Source of the DNA: Nitrospinota bacterium
Lineage (GTDB): Bacteria > Nitrospinota > Nitrospinia > UBA9942
Direction of reading: 5' to 3'
Assembly (NCBI GenBank): GCA_016194325.1
Contig: JACQBS010000051.1
Location: forward strand, 7,855-71,854
DNA: 64,000 nucleotides
The notes under the pieces were generated by a model. That model was given only the letters and a program-made list of their open reading frames with translations. It searched no databases and had not been told where the DNA came from. This document shows, in pieces, positions 54,788 through 63,980 of this stretch (positions are counted from its first letter, which is position 1; each line of letters opens with the position of its first letter). Made by a program: the position numbers and the translations under genes.

Positions 54788-56686
54788 ATGATTTACTACC
54801 TACAGATATTTTTTCTTTTATTGTTTCCGCAGATATTACTTGTCCCTGCAAGTTTTAGGCAGGGAAATGCGGCAGAACTTCTGCCATCACTAAAGGCTTC
54901 ATCTCATGCTGAAATTGAAGAGGTTCGGATTCCTTTGAGTGAATATCAGTATCAAAATGCCCTCTATCTTTATCTTACAGGTGACTATCTCTCATCATCA
55001 ATATTGAGCAGTAACATTATAAATAATCCCTCTAAAATTAAGGATAAGGCAATTCTTCTCCTGAAGCAATCAGATATAAACAGATTGTCTAAAATGAGAG
55101 AGTATCCCATGTTTTCATTTCAATCCTTTCCTAAGGAAATATCTGAGAGAGTGAAATTATTGGATGTTATTTACGAAATGAGTGAATATGAGAGGTTGTT
55201 TTTGAGTAAAGAGCTGGATAATTTAGAGACTGCAAACTATTTTGAGGGAATTAGCCTTTTAAGGCTGAATAGGTTAACTGATTCAAAAAGACTTCTATTG
55301 CAGATTTCAAGAGATAATAAGCTTTATCCATATGCCAGAATTTCCATTGCCCAGATAGAGGTAATGAAACAGAATTATGAAGAGGCAGAGAATATATTAA
55401 GAGATATCCTCAATCATCCTGTCATAGAAAAAGAGAATCTCTCCGAAAGAATTCATCTCTTGCTCGGGCAGGTTTTATTTGAAATGGGGTCTTACTCCAA
55501 TGCCTTGAATGAGTTTTTATCGGTATCACAAAAGAGTCAATTTTATAGGGAAGCCATTATCGGACAGGCATGGAGTCTTATAAAGCTGGGTTATTATGAA
55601 AATGCAATCCCCATCCTTAAGGTAATAAAACCTCTCCCTCCGTATAATCATGAAGATCAGGAGATTCAGATAGTCTTAGGCTACTGTTATCTTAAGACAG
55701 GCATGATTAAGGAAGCTGCTGAACATTTCCAATTTTTATCAAATGTATATTCAGAGACAGAGGGCAGATTGAAACAGATAATCAGTGATAAAACTATAAG
55801 AAGACAGTATATTTCCAATCTTATTGAGAGAAACTCAGTATCTTTGAGTGATGAGGAACGTTACTACCTTTCGGAGTTACACAGAAATCCGAATCTATCT
55901 GACATTGTAGAGGAATACAAGCTTCTGAATATATTAAGGAACGGCTTTTTAAGAAAAAAAGAAAAGGTTATTAATAAAGAGATTTATGTTGATAACATAA
56001 TAAGATGGATGGAGGATATGCAGAGGAAGATAGGGGAAGATATAGAGTATGTTAAAAACAGTCTGCTTACTATAAGTGGAACGGAAGGAAAAAATAAAGA
56101 GATACTCTTGTTAAAAGGGGTTGAGATAGCCAAAAATCAAATACTAAATGACTACTGGCAGAAAACAGTAAAACACCAGATGACTGAGACTGAAAAAAAG
56201 ATTGTTGAAGCTATTCTCCATGAAGCTGTAGAGGGAATGGGATGTCTTGATTCTCCTGTAACATGCCCTATTTATAGCCATGTAATAGACAGGGGAGTTA
56301 AAATGGTTAAATATGATAAATTAGAAGATTTAAAGAGGATAGTGCTGGTAATTGAGAAGTTTGGAAGGGATATAGATAAGATAAAGAAGAAAGATAAGAT
56401 AGAATTTGAGAATGCTTTATCAAGGGTGATGCCAATCTTTGAGAAGAGGATAGGTAAGGGACGAGAAGACCTGAAGGAACTGGGAATGATAAAGGAGAGG
56501 CTCAATAAGGATATAATAGATACAGAGAGGGCATTGGATGAGACGATGAATAGACTGGATAACCATGTGGCAGAAAGGCTTGCAAAAATAAAATTTGAGC
56601 TTGCAGATTTTAAGGGTGATATTATTGCAGGAATGGATAGTGCAAAAATGAGTGCTGAAAAGGCGGCAAAAGATAAAGGAAAGTAA
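54788..56686 (+). CDS. Secreted TPR-like / coiled-coil protein
   Basis: The signal-like N-terminus is MIYYLQIFFLLLFPQILLVPA. There are several TPR-like helical pairs (YFEGISLLRLNRLTDSKRLL, LLLGQVLFEMGSYSNALNEFLSV, AIIGQAWSLIKLGYYENAIPIL, LGYCYLKTGMIKEAAEHF). The C-terminal third is K/E-rich and coiled-coil-like. Confidence 0.6.
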   Translation: MIYYLQIFFLLLFPQILLVPASFRQGNAAELLPSLKASSHAEIEEVRIPLSEYQYQNALYLYLTGDYLSSSILSSNIINNPSKIKDKAILLLKQSDINRLSKMREYPMFSFQSFPKEISERVKLLDVIYEMSEYERLFLSKELDNLETANYFEGISLLRLNRLTDSKRLLLQISRDNKLYPYARISIAQIEVMKQNYEEAENILRDILNHPVIEKENLSERIHLLLGQVLFEMGSYSNALNEFLSVSQKSQFYREAIIGQAWSLIKLGYYENAIPILKVIKPLPPYNHEDQEIQIVLGYCYLKTGMIKEAAEHFQFLSNVYSETEGRLKQIISDKTIRRQYISNLIERNSVSLSDEERYYLSELHRNPNLSDIVEEYKLLNILRNGFLRKKEKVINKEIYVDNIIRWMEDMQRKIGEDIEYVKNSLLTISGTEGKNKEILLLKGVEIAKNQILNDYWQKTVKHQMTETEKKIVEAILHEAVEGMGCLDSPVTCPIYSHVIDRGVKMVKYDKLEDLKRIVLVIEKFGRDIDKIKKKDKIEFENALSRVMPIFEKRIGKGREDLKELGMIKERLNKDIIDTERALDETMNRLDNHVAERLAKIKFELADFKGDIIAGMDSAKMSAEKAAKDKGK

Positions 56687-56698
56687 TCCCAAAAAAAA

Positions 56699-56762
56699 GT
56701 GTAAGTGTAAGTGTAAGTTAAAGGAATCGTTTTTTTCTGACACTGACACTGACACTGACACT
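56699..56762 (+). repeat. Intergenic hexamer hairpin (GTGTAA)n / (CTGACA)n
   Basis: Sequence: agtgtaagtgtaagtgtaagt-taaaggaatcgttttttt-ctgacactgacactgacactgacact. The arms are complementary in 5 of 6 positions per unit. Confidence 0.9.
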
Positions 56763-56770
56763 ATATAGAA

Positions 56771-59560
56771 ATGTGTATAAAGTTTATTTACATATTAATT
56801 CTCATATTTCTTATCTCCTCCTGTAAAACAATGGAAGGGAGAAAGACAGAGAAATCTGCTATTAATCTTAATGAGACTTCTTCAGAAAAGAGATTTTTAA
56901 AGGAACGGATAAAAGAGTGGGAAGATTATATGAATCTTACAGGGCATAAAGACCTTTCACTTGATACAATTTTAAGGCTTACAGAAGGTTATCTTGAGGC
57001 AAAAGATATTTTGTATAAAAAAGATATGGAGGAATATGAGAAGGCACTGGCTGCTGAGAAAGGTTCGTTAAAAGAAGAGATTCGGCAGCCTGAACAGGAT
57101 TATAGCTCCATTATAAGACATTTCAGGATTCTATCGGATGAGTACCGCTACAGAAAGGGTGCGGATGCAGTCCACTATGCCCTTGGTTATGCCCTCTACG
57201 AGCAGGGGGAAAGGGATGAGGCTGTAAAGGTATTTGAGGGGATTATAAAAAACTATCCCCAGAGTATCTATCTGCCAGAGGTAAATTTCAGGCTTGGTGA
57301 GTTTTATTTTGAGACGGGACAGATGGGGGAAGCAAGAGACTCATATAGGAGGGTGTTAAATTACCCTCAGTCTATATTTTATGACAAGGCAGTATATAAA
57401 CTTGGCTGGGTCTATTATAAAATTGATGATTTTAAAAATGCATCGGATTTATTCATGTCACTAATAGATAGGACATGGGAAGGTAAGTTTAAGGAAGCAG
57501 GGTTAACTGATGATTCTGTCTCTTGTCTTGTAATGAGCTTAACCCATTTTAATAAGATAGATGAGGCTGTGGAATATCTGCAATCTAAGGGGGTAAGGGG
57601 ATATGCAACATTAGTATTAGAAAAGATTGGCGAGGTGCTTACACAGGAGACAAGATATGAAAATGCCATATATGTTTACGATTCTCTGATAAAAAATTTC
57701 CCTGACAATCCAAATATCCCGTTTATGTATGAAAAAATGGCTGCTCTCCTTGAAGTTAATGGGGATAAAGAAACCGCTATTGCTAAAAGGGAGATACTGG
57801 CACACCAGTATAATTACACAACAGCATGGTACAAGAAAAACCATCCGGACGGTTCAGAGAAGATTGATAGTCTCATTTTCAGAACGATTGTTGATGTGTC
57901 TAAGGAATATCATTTGAAAGGGAAAAGTGAGGCTAACATAAAGTATCTGCAGAGTGCAATTGATGGTTATCGTAATTTTTTATTGCTCTTTCCTAAGTCT
58001 CAAAATTATAAGGAGATAAATCTTTTGCTTGCAGAGGCACTGTTTGATGCCGGGACATATAATGAGGCAGCTATGGAATATGAAAAAACTGCCAAACTCT
58101 ATCAGGAAACTTTAAAAAGAGGGGATATAGCCTATTCCGCCTTCTTGACTCATGCAGTAATCTTTAATAAGTCTGAAGGTGACAGGAGGGCGGTTATAAA
58201 CAATGCAGCTCGTATATTGGAGGCATACGAAAAAGATTTTTCTTTGAGCGGTAAGCTGGAGAAGGCACACTACACAATATCTGATATGTATGCCCGGATA
58301 AAGGCATACGATAAGGCAAGGGATATCATTATGCCACTGACAAAGGGGAAGGATTTTGCCAATGCCTATAAGAGGATTGCTGAACTTTATCTTGAAGAGG
58401 GCAACCTTGGTTCCTCTGAAGATATATATTCAAAGTTGTTCTCTACATCAAAAGACCCCGAGCTGCAGGAAATTCTTGCAAAACTCCGCTACAGGCTTGG
58501 TGATGAATATCTGAAGGCTGGCAAGCTGAATGAGGCGGTTGAGAAATTTAATTCAGCATTTACAGTTTATCCTGATTCCGATATTGGAGAGGGTTCCCTG
58601 ATGAAGATAGGACATATTCATATTCAGAGAAAAAACATAAGTGGCATTAGAGATGTGGTTGGACGAATGGCGAAGGCATATCCAAACTCATCCGGGTCTC
58701 TATCCCTCCTTGTAGAGGCAGGACAGCAGATAGAAAATGATGAGCCCTTGAAGGCTGCAATGCTTTATGAGGAGGCATCCTCTATAACATCTGATTCTAA
58801 AAATATTCAGAAACTATTATTTGCGGCAGGTATAATATATGAAAAAAACAAGGAATACAATAAGGCGGTAGAGGTATTTAAAAAATGTTTATTAAAAAAT
58901 GAAATACCACCTGATAGAGAGGCGGAAGCGAGATACAGGTTAGGTTATTCACAAATTAAATTGGGTAAAAAAGAAGAGGGTATGGAAACCTTTAGCAGGT
59001 TAAAAGAGCGGAGCGGGCAAACAGACAATATTTTTGTTGCAAAGGCAGAGTTTTTAATTTTAAAGGAGAGGATAAATGTGTATTTAGATATGAAGATTAC
59101 ACAGCCCTTTGAAGAAACACTAAGTAAAAAGACCGAACTTTTAAATCACCTTATTAAAGACTATTCTGATATGGCAAGGTATAAAATGCCGGAGCTTCTG
59201 ACCGAGATGTTTTTTTCAATGGGGATTGCCCTTGAGAATTTCAGGGATTCCATCCTTCATTCTGAAAGACCATCAGATTTAACAAAAGAAGAACTTGAGG
59301 AGTATAGCTTCCTGCTGGAAGAAAAGGCATATCCCTATGATGAAAAGGCTGTCAGGGTATATGAAAACAGCCTGCAGATTAGCAGGGAATATAAGGTGTA
59401 TAACGAATGGATGCGAAAGGGTCTGGAAAGACTCGTAAATCTTAGACCCGCACTATATAAAAGGGGATTTGCATTTAAAGATGTAAAACCTGTTTTTATA
59501 TATCCCGAGCCTGTAATGATGGAGGCAGGTCATGCTGAGCAGAGATACAGTAAAAATTAG
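56771..59560 (+). CDS. Large TPR-repeat outer-envelope lipoprotein (YbgF/BamD-like TPR units)
   Basis: Lipobox LILIFLISSC. There are multiple TPR units, for example AVHYALGYALYEQGERDEAVKVFEGIIKNYPQSIYLPEVNFRLGEFYFETGQMGEARDSYRRVLNYPQSIFYDKAVYKLGWVYYKIDDFKNA. Confidence 0.75.
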   Translation: MCIKFIYILILIFLISSCKTMEGRKTEKSAINLNETSSEKRFLKERIKEWEDYMNLTGHKDLSLDTILRLTEGYLEAKDILYKKDMEEYEKALAAEKGSLKEEIRQPEQDYSSIIRHFRILSDEYRYRKGADAVHYALGYALYEQGERDEAVKVFEGIIKNYPQSIYLPEVNFRLGEFYFETGQMGEARDSYRRVLNYPQSIFYDKAVYKLGWVYYKIDDFKNASDLFMSLIDRTWEGKFKEAGLTDDSVSCLVMSLTHFNKIDEAVEYLQSKGVRGYATLVLEKIGEVLTQETRYENAIYVYDSLIKNFPDNPNIPFMYEKMAALLEVNGDKETAIAKREILAHQYNYTTAWYKKNHPDGSEKIDSLIFRTIVDVSKEYHLKGKSEANIKYLQSAIDGYRNFLLLFPKSQNYKEINLLLAEALFDAGTYNEAAMEYEKTAKLYQETLKRGDIAYSAFLTHAVIFNKSEGDRRAVINNAARILEAYEKDFSLSGKLEKAHYTISDMYARIKAYDKARDIIMPLTKGKDFANAYKRIAELYLEEGNLGSSEDIYSKLFSTSKDPELQEILAKLRYRLGDEYLKAGKLNEAVEKFNSAFTVYPDSDIGEGSLMKIGHIHIQRKNISGIRDVVGRMAKAYPNSSGSLSLLVEAGQQIENDEPLKAAMLYEEASSITSDSKNIQKLLFAAGIIYEKNKEYNKAVEVFKKCLLKNEIPPDREAEARYRLGYSQIKLGKKEEGMETFSRLKERSGQTDNIFVAKAEFLILKERINVYLDMKITQPFEETLSKKTELLNHLIKDYSDMARYKMPELLTEMFFSMGIALENFRDSILHSERPSDLTKEELEEYSFLLEEKAYPYDEKAVRVYENSLQISREYKVYNEWMRKGLERLVNLRPALYKRGFAFKDVKPVFIYPEPVMMEAGHAEQRYSKN

Positions 59561-60533
59561 TCAAGTTGGCTCAGCCAAGAAACTTGTCCCGTTATGTCTT
59601 AAAACGGGATGGGCATGCGGCACTCTTTTCTTTATTCTATTATTTTTAACAGGATGTGTAACTAATCAGAAGGAGGGATATTCGCTAAAAAATAGGATTC
59701 GTGCTGAATCAGAGGCATTGGTAAAAAAACAGCAGGATGATGAAAGGCAAAGGAAGGCAATAGTACTATTCAATAACGGATTTCAGCTTATAAATAATGA
59801 TCCGATAGGTGCAAATGCACTTTATCGTGAGGGCATAATACTTATGCCGGAGAGATGGGAGGCTTATTATAATCTCGGCATTACTTATATGAAGCTTTAC
59901 GACCACGAGAGGGCAATAAAGGAATTCTCTAATGCGTTAAAATACAATGCACCACAATCTAAGGTGTATAATGCCATTGGAGTAACATACCAATCTATGG
60001 GAAGAAACGGAGATGCAATAAAGTATTTTAAAAAGGCACTCTCTTTAGAAAAGTCGCCAATTGTAATTATGAATATTGCAAACATTTATCAGGATATGGG
60101 GCAGAAAGAGGAATCAATAAAGCTCTATCATCAGATTGAGTTTGTAGATATTTCAAAATTACCCCTTCATAATAACATAGGCAGTCTGAAATATAAGATG
60201 GGCGATTTTAAAGGTGCCAGGGATGAGTTTAATATGGCGTTAGAAAAAGAAGGGGAAAATATACAGGTGCTTTATTATCAGGCACAGACTCTTCTGATGC
60301 TTGAAGAATATGAGAATGCCTTGAATGTTTATAAGAAAATAGCAGCCAAAAACTCTGCTGACCCTGAGCCTTACAGAAATATGGGTATAATATATGAGAT
60401 TTATCTTGGAGATATGGCAAGTGCATATGAGAATTATACTGCGTATATAAAAAACGGAGGAGAGAAGACTAAGGATATGGAATCATGGATAGAGGTGGTA
60501 AAGGTGAAAATGGTAAAGAAGGAGGGGCAATGA
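59532..60533 (+). CDS. TPR-repeat lipoprotein
   Basis: Lipobox LLFLTGC. TPR units: AYYNLGITYMKLYDHERAIKEFSNALKYNP.., VYNAIGVTYQSMGRNGDAIKYFKKALSLE, NIANIYQDMGQKEESIKLY, and others. It overlaps the upstream gene by 29 nt and the downstream start by ATGA. Confidence 0.7.
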   Translation: MLSRDTVKISQVGSAKKLVPLCLKTGWACGTLFFILLFLTGCVTNQKEGYSLKNRIRAESEALVKKQQDDERQRKAIVLFNNGFQLINNDPIGANALYREGIILMPERWEAYYNLGITYMKLYDHERAIKEFSNALKYNAPQSKVYNAIGVTYQSMGRNGDAIKYFKKALSLEKSPIVIMNIANIYQDMGQKEESIKLYHQIEFVDISKLPLHNNIGSLKYKMGDFKGARDEFNMALEKEGENIQVLYYQAQTLLMLEEYENALNVYKKIAAKNSADPEPYRNMGIIYEIYLGDMASAYENYTAYIKNGGEKTKDMESWIEVVKVKMVKKEGQ

Positions 60534-60868
60534 ACAGGAGACAGAAGTCAGAAGTCAGAAGTCAGAAGTCAGATTTTATGTTCTCTGTCCTCTGTCTTCT
60601 GTCCTCTGTCTTCTGTCTCCTGTTAATTATTACCCCTGCATATAGTGCCAATAAGGGGATAATGAGAGGAGATGAACCTGCAGTGGTTGAGCATATGATA
60701 AAGATAGAGGGGAGTGTTGAAAGGCCGAGGGTTATTTTTATTGTGCCGAGGTCAAAATTATGGAGAGACGATATTTTTAAAAAGAGTTTTATTGCGGATA
60801 TATTGAGACCTGTATATCCAAAACTTTCAATAAAGGAAGGGGGTCCCGATAAGGATTCAAGGAGGTAA
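60530..60868 (+). CDS. Small secreted hypothetical protein whose signal peptide is encoded by a 38-bp-stem hairpin
   Basis: AGGAGG RBS and an ATGA overlap with the upstream stop. The leader is MNRRQKSEVRSQKSDFMFSVLCLLSSVFCLLLIITPAYSA. The mature part has no recognisable domain. The ORF-track start at 60485 is inside the upstream gene. Confidence 0.55.
   Translation: MNRRQKSEVRSQKSDFMFSVLCLLSSVFCLLLIITPAYSANKGIMRGDEPAVVEHMIKIEGSVERPRVIFIVPRSKLWRDDIFKKSFIADILRPVYPKLSIKEGGPDKDSRR
60535..60622 (+). repeat. Hairpin (CAGAAGT)4 / (TCTGTCY)5 covering codons 2-31 of the CDS
   Basis: The left arm is caggagacagaagtcagaagtcagaagtcagaagtcag (60535..60572). The reverse complement of the right arm (60585..60622) is caggagacagaagacagaggacagaagacagaggacag. 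About 32/38 positions are complementary, and the loop is 12 nt. Confidence 0.9.
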
Positions 60869-60873
60869 ATTAT

Positions 60874-61512
60874 ATGGAGATATTAGCAAGTTTTTTTAAG
60901 GATGGTGGATTATTCATGTATTTTATACTAATGGCATCTGTTATTGGAATAGCCATAGTGGTGGAGCGTGGTATTACTTTACTATTCAGATATAATGTAG
61001 ATGCCCGCATTCTATGGGAGAGGGTCAGCAAATTTATAGCGGATGGAGATATAGAAAAGGCAAGGTTACTATGCAAAGATTCCAACGCACCTCTTTTCAA
61101 GATATTATATGCCGGTCTTTTAGTATCTGATAGGACGGAAAGGGAAATTCAAAATTCCATAGATGAGGTTGCTCTGGAAATAGTACCTGCAATAGATAAG
61201 AGGGTTTCTTATCTCTCTACCCTTGCCAATATTGCAACCCTTTTAGGTCTGCTTGGCACTATTCAGGGATTGATCCAGGCCTTTGCTGCAGTTGGAGTTG
61301 CAGACCCTTCTCAAAAAGCATCACTCCTTGCTAATGGTATTTCCGTAGCCCTATATACAACCGCCTTTGGTCTTATTGTAGCCATACCGTTACTTGCTAT
61401 GTATACAGTTCTTCAGGCAAAGGCACATAGATTAATAGATGAAATAGATGAGTTTTCCGTAAAATTTATCAATCTGTTGAACAGGAGGAAGAGTGGCATA
61501 CAGACCCAGTAA
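60874..61512 (+). CDS. MotA/TolQ/ExbB proton-channel family protein
   Basis: Three TM segments and the family signature LSTLANIATLLGLLGTIQGLIQAF. Confidence 0.9.
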   Translation: MEILASFFKDGGLFMYFILMASVIGIAIVVERGITLLFRYNVDARILWERVSKFIADGDIEKARLLCKDSNAPLFKILYAGLLVSDRTEREIQNSIDEVALEIVPAIDKRVSYLSTLANIATLLGLLGTIQGLIQAFAAVGVADPSQKASLLANGISVALYTTAFGLIVAIPLLAMYTVLQAKAHRLIDEIDEFSVKFINLLNRRKSGIQTQ

Positions 61513-61975
61513 GAGAAGGCGTCATTCTATATCAGATACTGATCTCAATCTGACCCCTGTAATGAATCTCTTTATGGTTATTATACCCTTTCTCCTCCTT
61601 ACAGCAGTCTTTGCAAAGACTGCAATAATTGATGCATATCTACCACAAGAGAGTGGAAATGGGGGAGGGAGCCAAACTGCTGCCCCCAAAATACTTATTG
61701 TAAAAGCAACAGAGAAGGGGATTGAACTTGGAGGAATAGGGGAAGGAATTTTTATTCCGATGCTTGAAGGAAATTTGAATTATAAACAGCTTTCTATAGA
61801 ACTGGCGAGGCTTAAAAATTCGCATCCTGATAAAGAAGATGCGGTTCTTTTGTTTCCCCCGCAGATAGCTTATGACCATGTAGTTCAGATAATGGATGCA
61901 GCGAGGGAAACAACCGGTGAAAATGGTATAAAAAAGACACTCTTTCCAATAATCTCGCTTGGAGAAAATAAATAA
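61493..61975 (+). CDS. ExbD/TolR biopolymer transport protein
   Basis: GTG start after AGGAGG, overlapping the upstream gene by 20 nt. The N-terminus is RRRHSISDTDLNLTPVMNLFMVIIPFLLL (ExbD/TolR TM signature) and is followed by a periplasmic domain. Confidence 0.85.
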   Translation: MAYRPSKRRRHSISDTDLNLTPVMNLFMVIIPFLLLTAVFAKTAIIDAYLPQESGNGGGSQTAAPKILIVKATEKGIELGGIGEGIFIPMLEGNLNYKQLSIELARLKNSHPDKEDAVLLFPPQIAYDHVVQIMDAARETTGENGIKKTLFPIISLGENK

Positions 61976-61976
61976 T

Positions 61977-62052
61977 GTGTCAGAGAGTTAAAGTATCAAA
62001 GAGTCAAAATTTTTTTACTATGATACTTTGAACTCTGAGATACTTTGACTCT
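61977..62052 (+). repeat. Intergenic octamer hairpin between the two ExbD/TolR genes
   Basis: Left gtgtcagagagttaaagtatcaaagagtcaaaa; loop tttttttacta; right tgatactttgaactctgagatactttgactct. In the best register about 20/23 positions pair, and alternative registers are possible. Confidence 0.8.
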
Positions 62053-62062
62053 AAAAATAGCT

Positions 62063-62557
62063 ATGCCCTTTCAACCATCTAAAAAAAAGAAGAGAAGATC
62101 AAGGCTTACTGAGGCAACATTGACACTCACCTCGATGATGGATATGTTTACCATCATCCTGCTTTTCCTTTTGGTCAACTATTCTGCTGAAGGTATTGTA
62201 GTTACCGACCCTAAAAAGCTGAGCCTGCCAATCTCTACATCGCAGAAGATGCCGACAAGGAAACTTGATATTCAGATTACTACTGAAGATATTATAGTGG
62301 AAGGGGCAAAGATTATGGGTGTAAAAGAGGCGGCGGATAACCATGACTACATTATAAAACCGCTGCTTGATGCATTAGACGAAAACACGAAGAAGGTAAA
62401 ATTTATTGAAAAAAATAATCCTTCCTTTAAGTTTACTGGGGGGGTCATGATTCAAGGTGATAAGGGAATACCCTTTATCCTTCTCGAGAAGGTTATGTAT
62501 ACCTGCGGACAGGCAGGTTACAGCGGTATATCTCTGACAGTTATATCTCGTGGTTAA
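62063..62557 (+). CDS. ExbD/TolR biopolymer transport protein (second copy)
   Basis: MPFQPSKKKKRRSRLTEATLTLTSMMDMFTIILLFLLV is an ExbD/TolR N-terminus. The ORF opens at TTG 62045 inside the hairpin; ATG 62063 is preferred. Confidence 0.85.
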   Translation: MPFQPSKKKKRRSRLTEATLTLTSMMDMFTIILLFLLVNYSAEGIVVTDPKKLSLPISTSQKMPTRKLDIQITTEDIIVEGAKIMGVKEAADNHDYIIKPLLDALDENTKKVKFIEKNNPSFKFTGGVMIQGDKGIPFILLEKVMYTCGQAGYSGISLTVISRG

Positions 62558-63980
62558 AAAAAGAAAGGTTTTTTTTGTATCTCTTCATAAAACAGGTAAA
62601 GGGGTTAAAGAGTTTTTTCCCGAACAGTTTCTGAGTATCGGGAAAAAACCTGACTGTGAAATTAATCCCGTACCAGGATTTTCAGAAGGACATAAACTAA
62701 TTGAAAAATCTAAAATAGGGTATAACCTTATAATCCCTGCAGATTTAGAGGGAACTATTGCCAGAGGGGAGATTATCCTTCCCCTTAAAGGGATTATCGG
62801 GTTTGGTTTTTTAAAGAAAAAGGGCAATTCCTATATCTTTCCATTAACCACAGAAGAATGTATTTTTAAGTTAGCAGGCCACACTTTTACCTTTGGCTAT
62901 AAAGAAATAGTCCCTTCCGAGAAGAAGCCTGCAAAAATTGATAAATTATTAAAGAGGCCATGGATAACAAGAGAGGATTATTCTTTTCTGGTAATCTTTT
63001 TACTCTCCACTATTATCAATTTCTCAACAGTTGGTTATTTAAACTCTTTAGAAATAAAAAAAGAGAAGCCGATAGACGCTATTAAGAAGATACCCCAGAG
63101 GTTTGCAAAGCTCATACTTCAACCGCCTCAAAAGAAGGTTTTAAAGACTGCTATAGACAAAATGCCGATAGAAAAAAAGGAAGAAAAGGTTGAGAATAAG
63201 AAAGAAGATGAGAACAAAAAGGAAGAAATAAAACCGTCGGACGAAGTCAAAGAGATTGATACTGTAAAAAAAGGTAAAGAGGAGATACAAGATATAGAGA
63301 ATCATGAGAAAGAAGTTGCCATGCTTAACCCTCCGGAGAAACTTACATCATCAATAAATAGAGAGGCGGTGAGGGAAAAAGTGAAAACTAAGGGGCTTCT
63401 GGGCGTCATAATGGCAAAGGCGCTGCCGGATGAAGTCTCAAGTGATATTGTCTTTAGGGATATTGACAAGATAGTAAAGGGTATTGAGAAAGGGAGTGGT
63501 GATAAAGAGGGAGAGGGTTTACTTGATATAAGGGGTTCAGGAAAGACTGATGATTTGTCAAAGAAGATTAATGAGACCACTCGAAAAATAAAACAAAGGG
63601 ATACCAGTGAAATAATAGCTGAAAAAAGAGAAATAATAAAAGAAGAATTGAATAAAAATAAGGAGGGTCTTTCTTCTGCCGAAAGGAAGAGGAATGAGGC
63701 AGAGGTATATAGGACAGTCAGTACATATATAGGGGGACTTAAGTATTTATATAACAATACACTCAGAAAAAATCCATCCTTGAAAGGAAAAATAACTGTA
63801 AAGATAGTTATTTCTCAGGATGGCAAGGTTGTTAAATCGGAGGTTGTATCATCAACACTTGGCTTTCCTGAATTGGAAGAGGCAATTATTAACAGAATAT
63901 ATAGGTGGAGGTTTTCTGAGTTAGACGATGTAGAAGATTTTACAATAGATTATACATTTGATTTTGCCCCTGTTGGCTGA
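62550..63980 (+). CDS. TonB C-terminal-domain protein with cytoplasmic N-domain, one TM and a long K/E-rich spacer (TonB/GltG-like energy transducer)
   Basis: TM segment FLVIFLLSTIINFSTVGYL. The K/E-rich spacer is EKKEEKVENKKEDENKKEEIKPSDE. The C-terminal LKGKITVKIVISQDGKVVKSEVVSSTLGFPELEEAIINRIYRWRF resembles TonB_C. It overlaps the upstream gene by 8 nt. Confidence 0.75.
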   Translation: MVKKRKVFFVSLHKTGKGVKEFFPEQFLSIGKKPDCEINPVPGFSEGHKLIEKSKIGYNLIIPADLEGTIARGEIILPLKGIIGFGFLKKKGNSYIFPLTTEECIFKLAGHTFTFGYKEIVPSEKKPAKIDKLLKRPWITREDYSFLVIFLLSTIINFSTVGYLNSLEIKKEKPIDAIKKIPQRFAKLILQPPQKKVLKTAIDKMPIEKKEEKVENKKEDENKKEEIKPSDEVKEIDTVKKGKEEIQDIENHEKEVAMLNPPEKLTSSINREAVREKVKTKGLLGVIMAKALPDEVSSDIVFRDIDKIVKGIEKGSGDKEGEGLLDIRGSGKTDDLSKKINETTRKIKQRDTSEIIAEKREIIKEELNKNKEGLSSAERKRNEAEVYRTVSTYIGGLKYLYNNTLRKNPSLKGKITVKIVISQDGKVVKSEVVSSTLGFPELEEAIINRIYRWRFSELDDVEDFTIDYTFDFAPVG

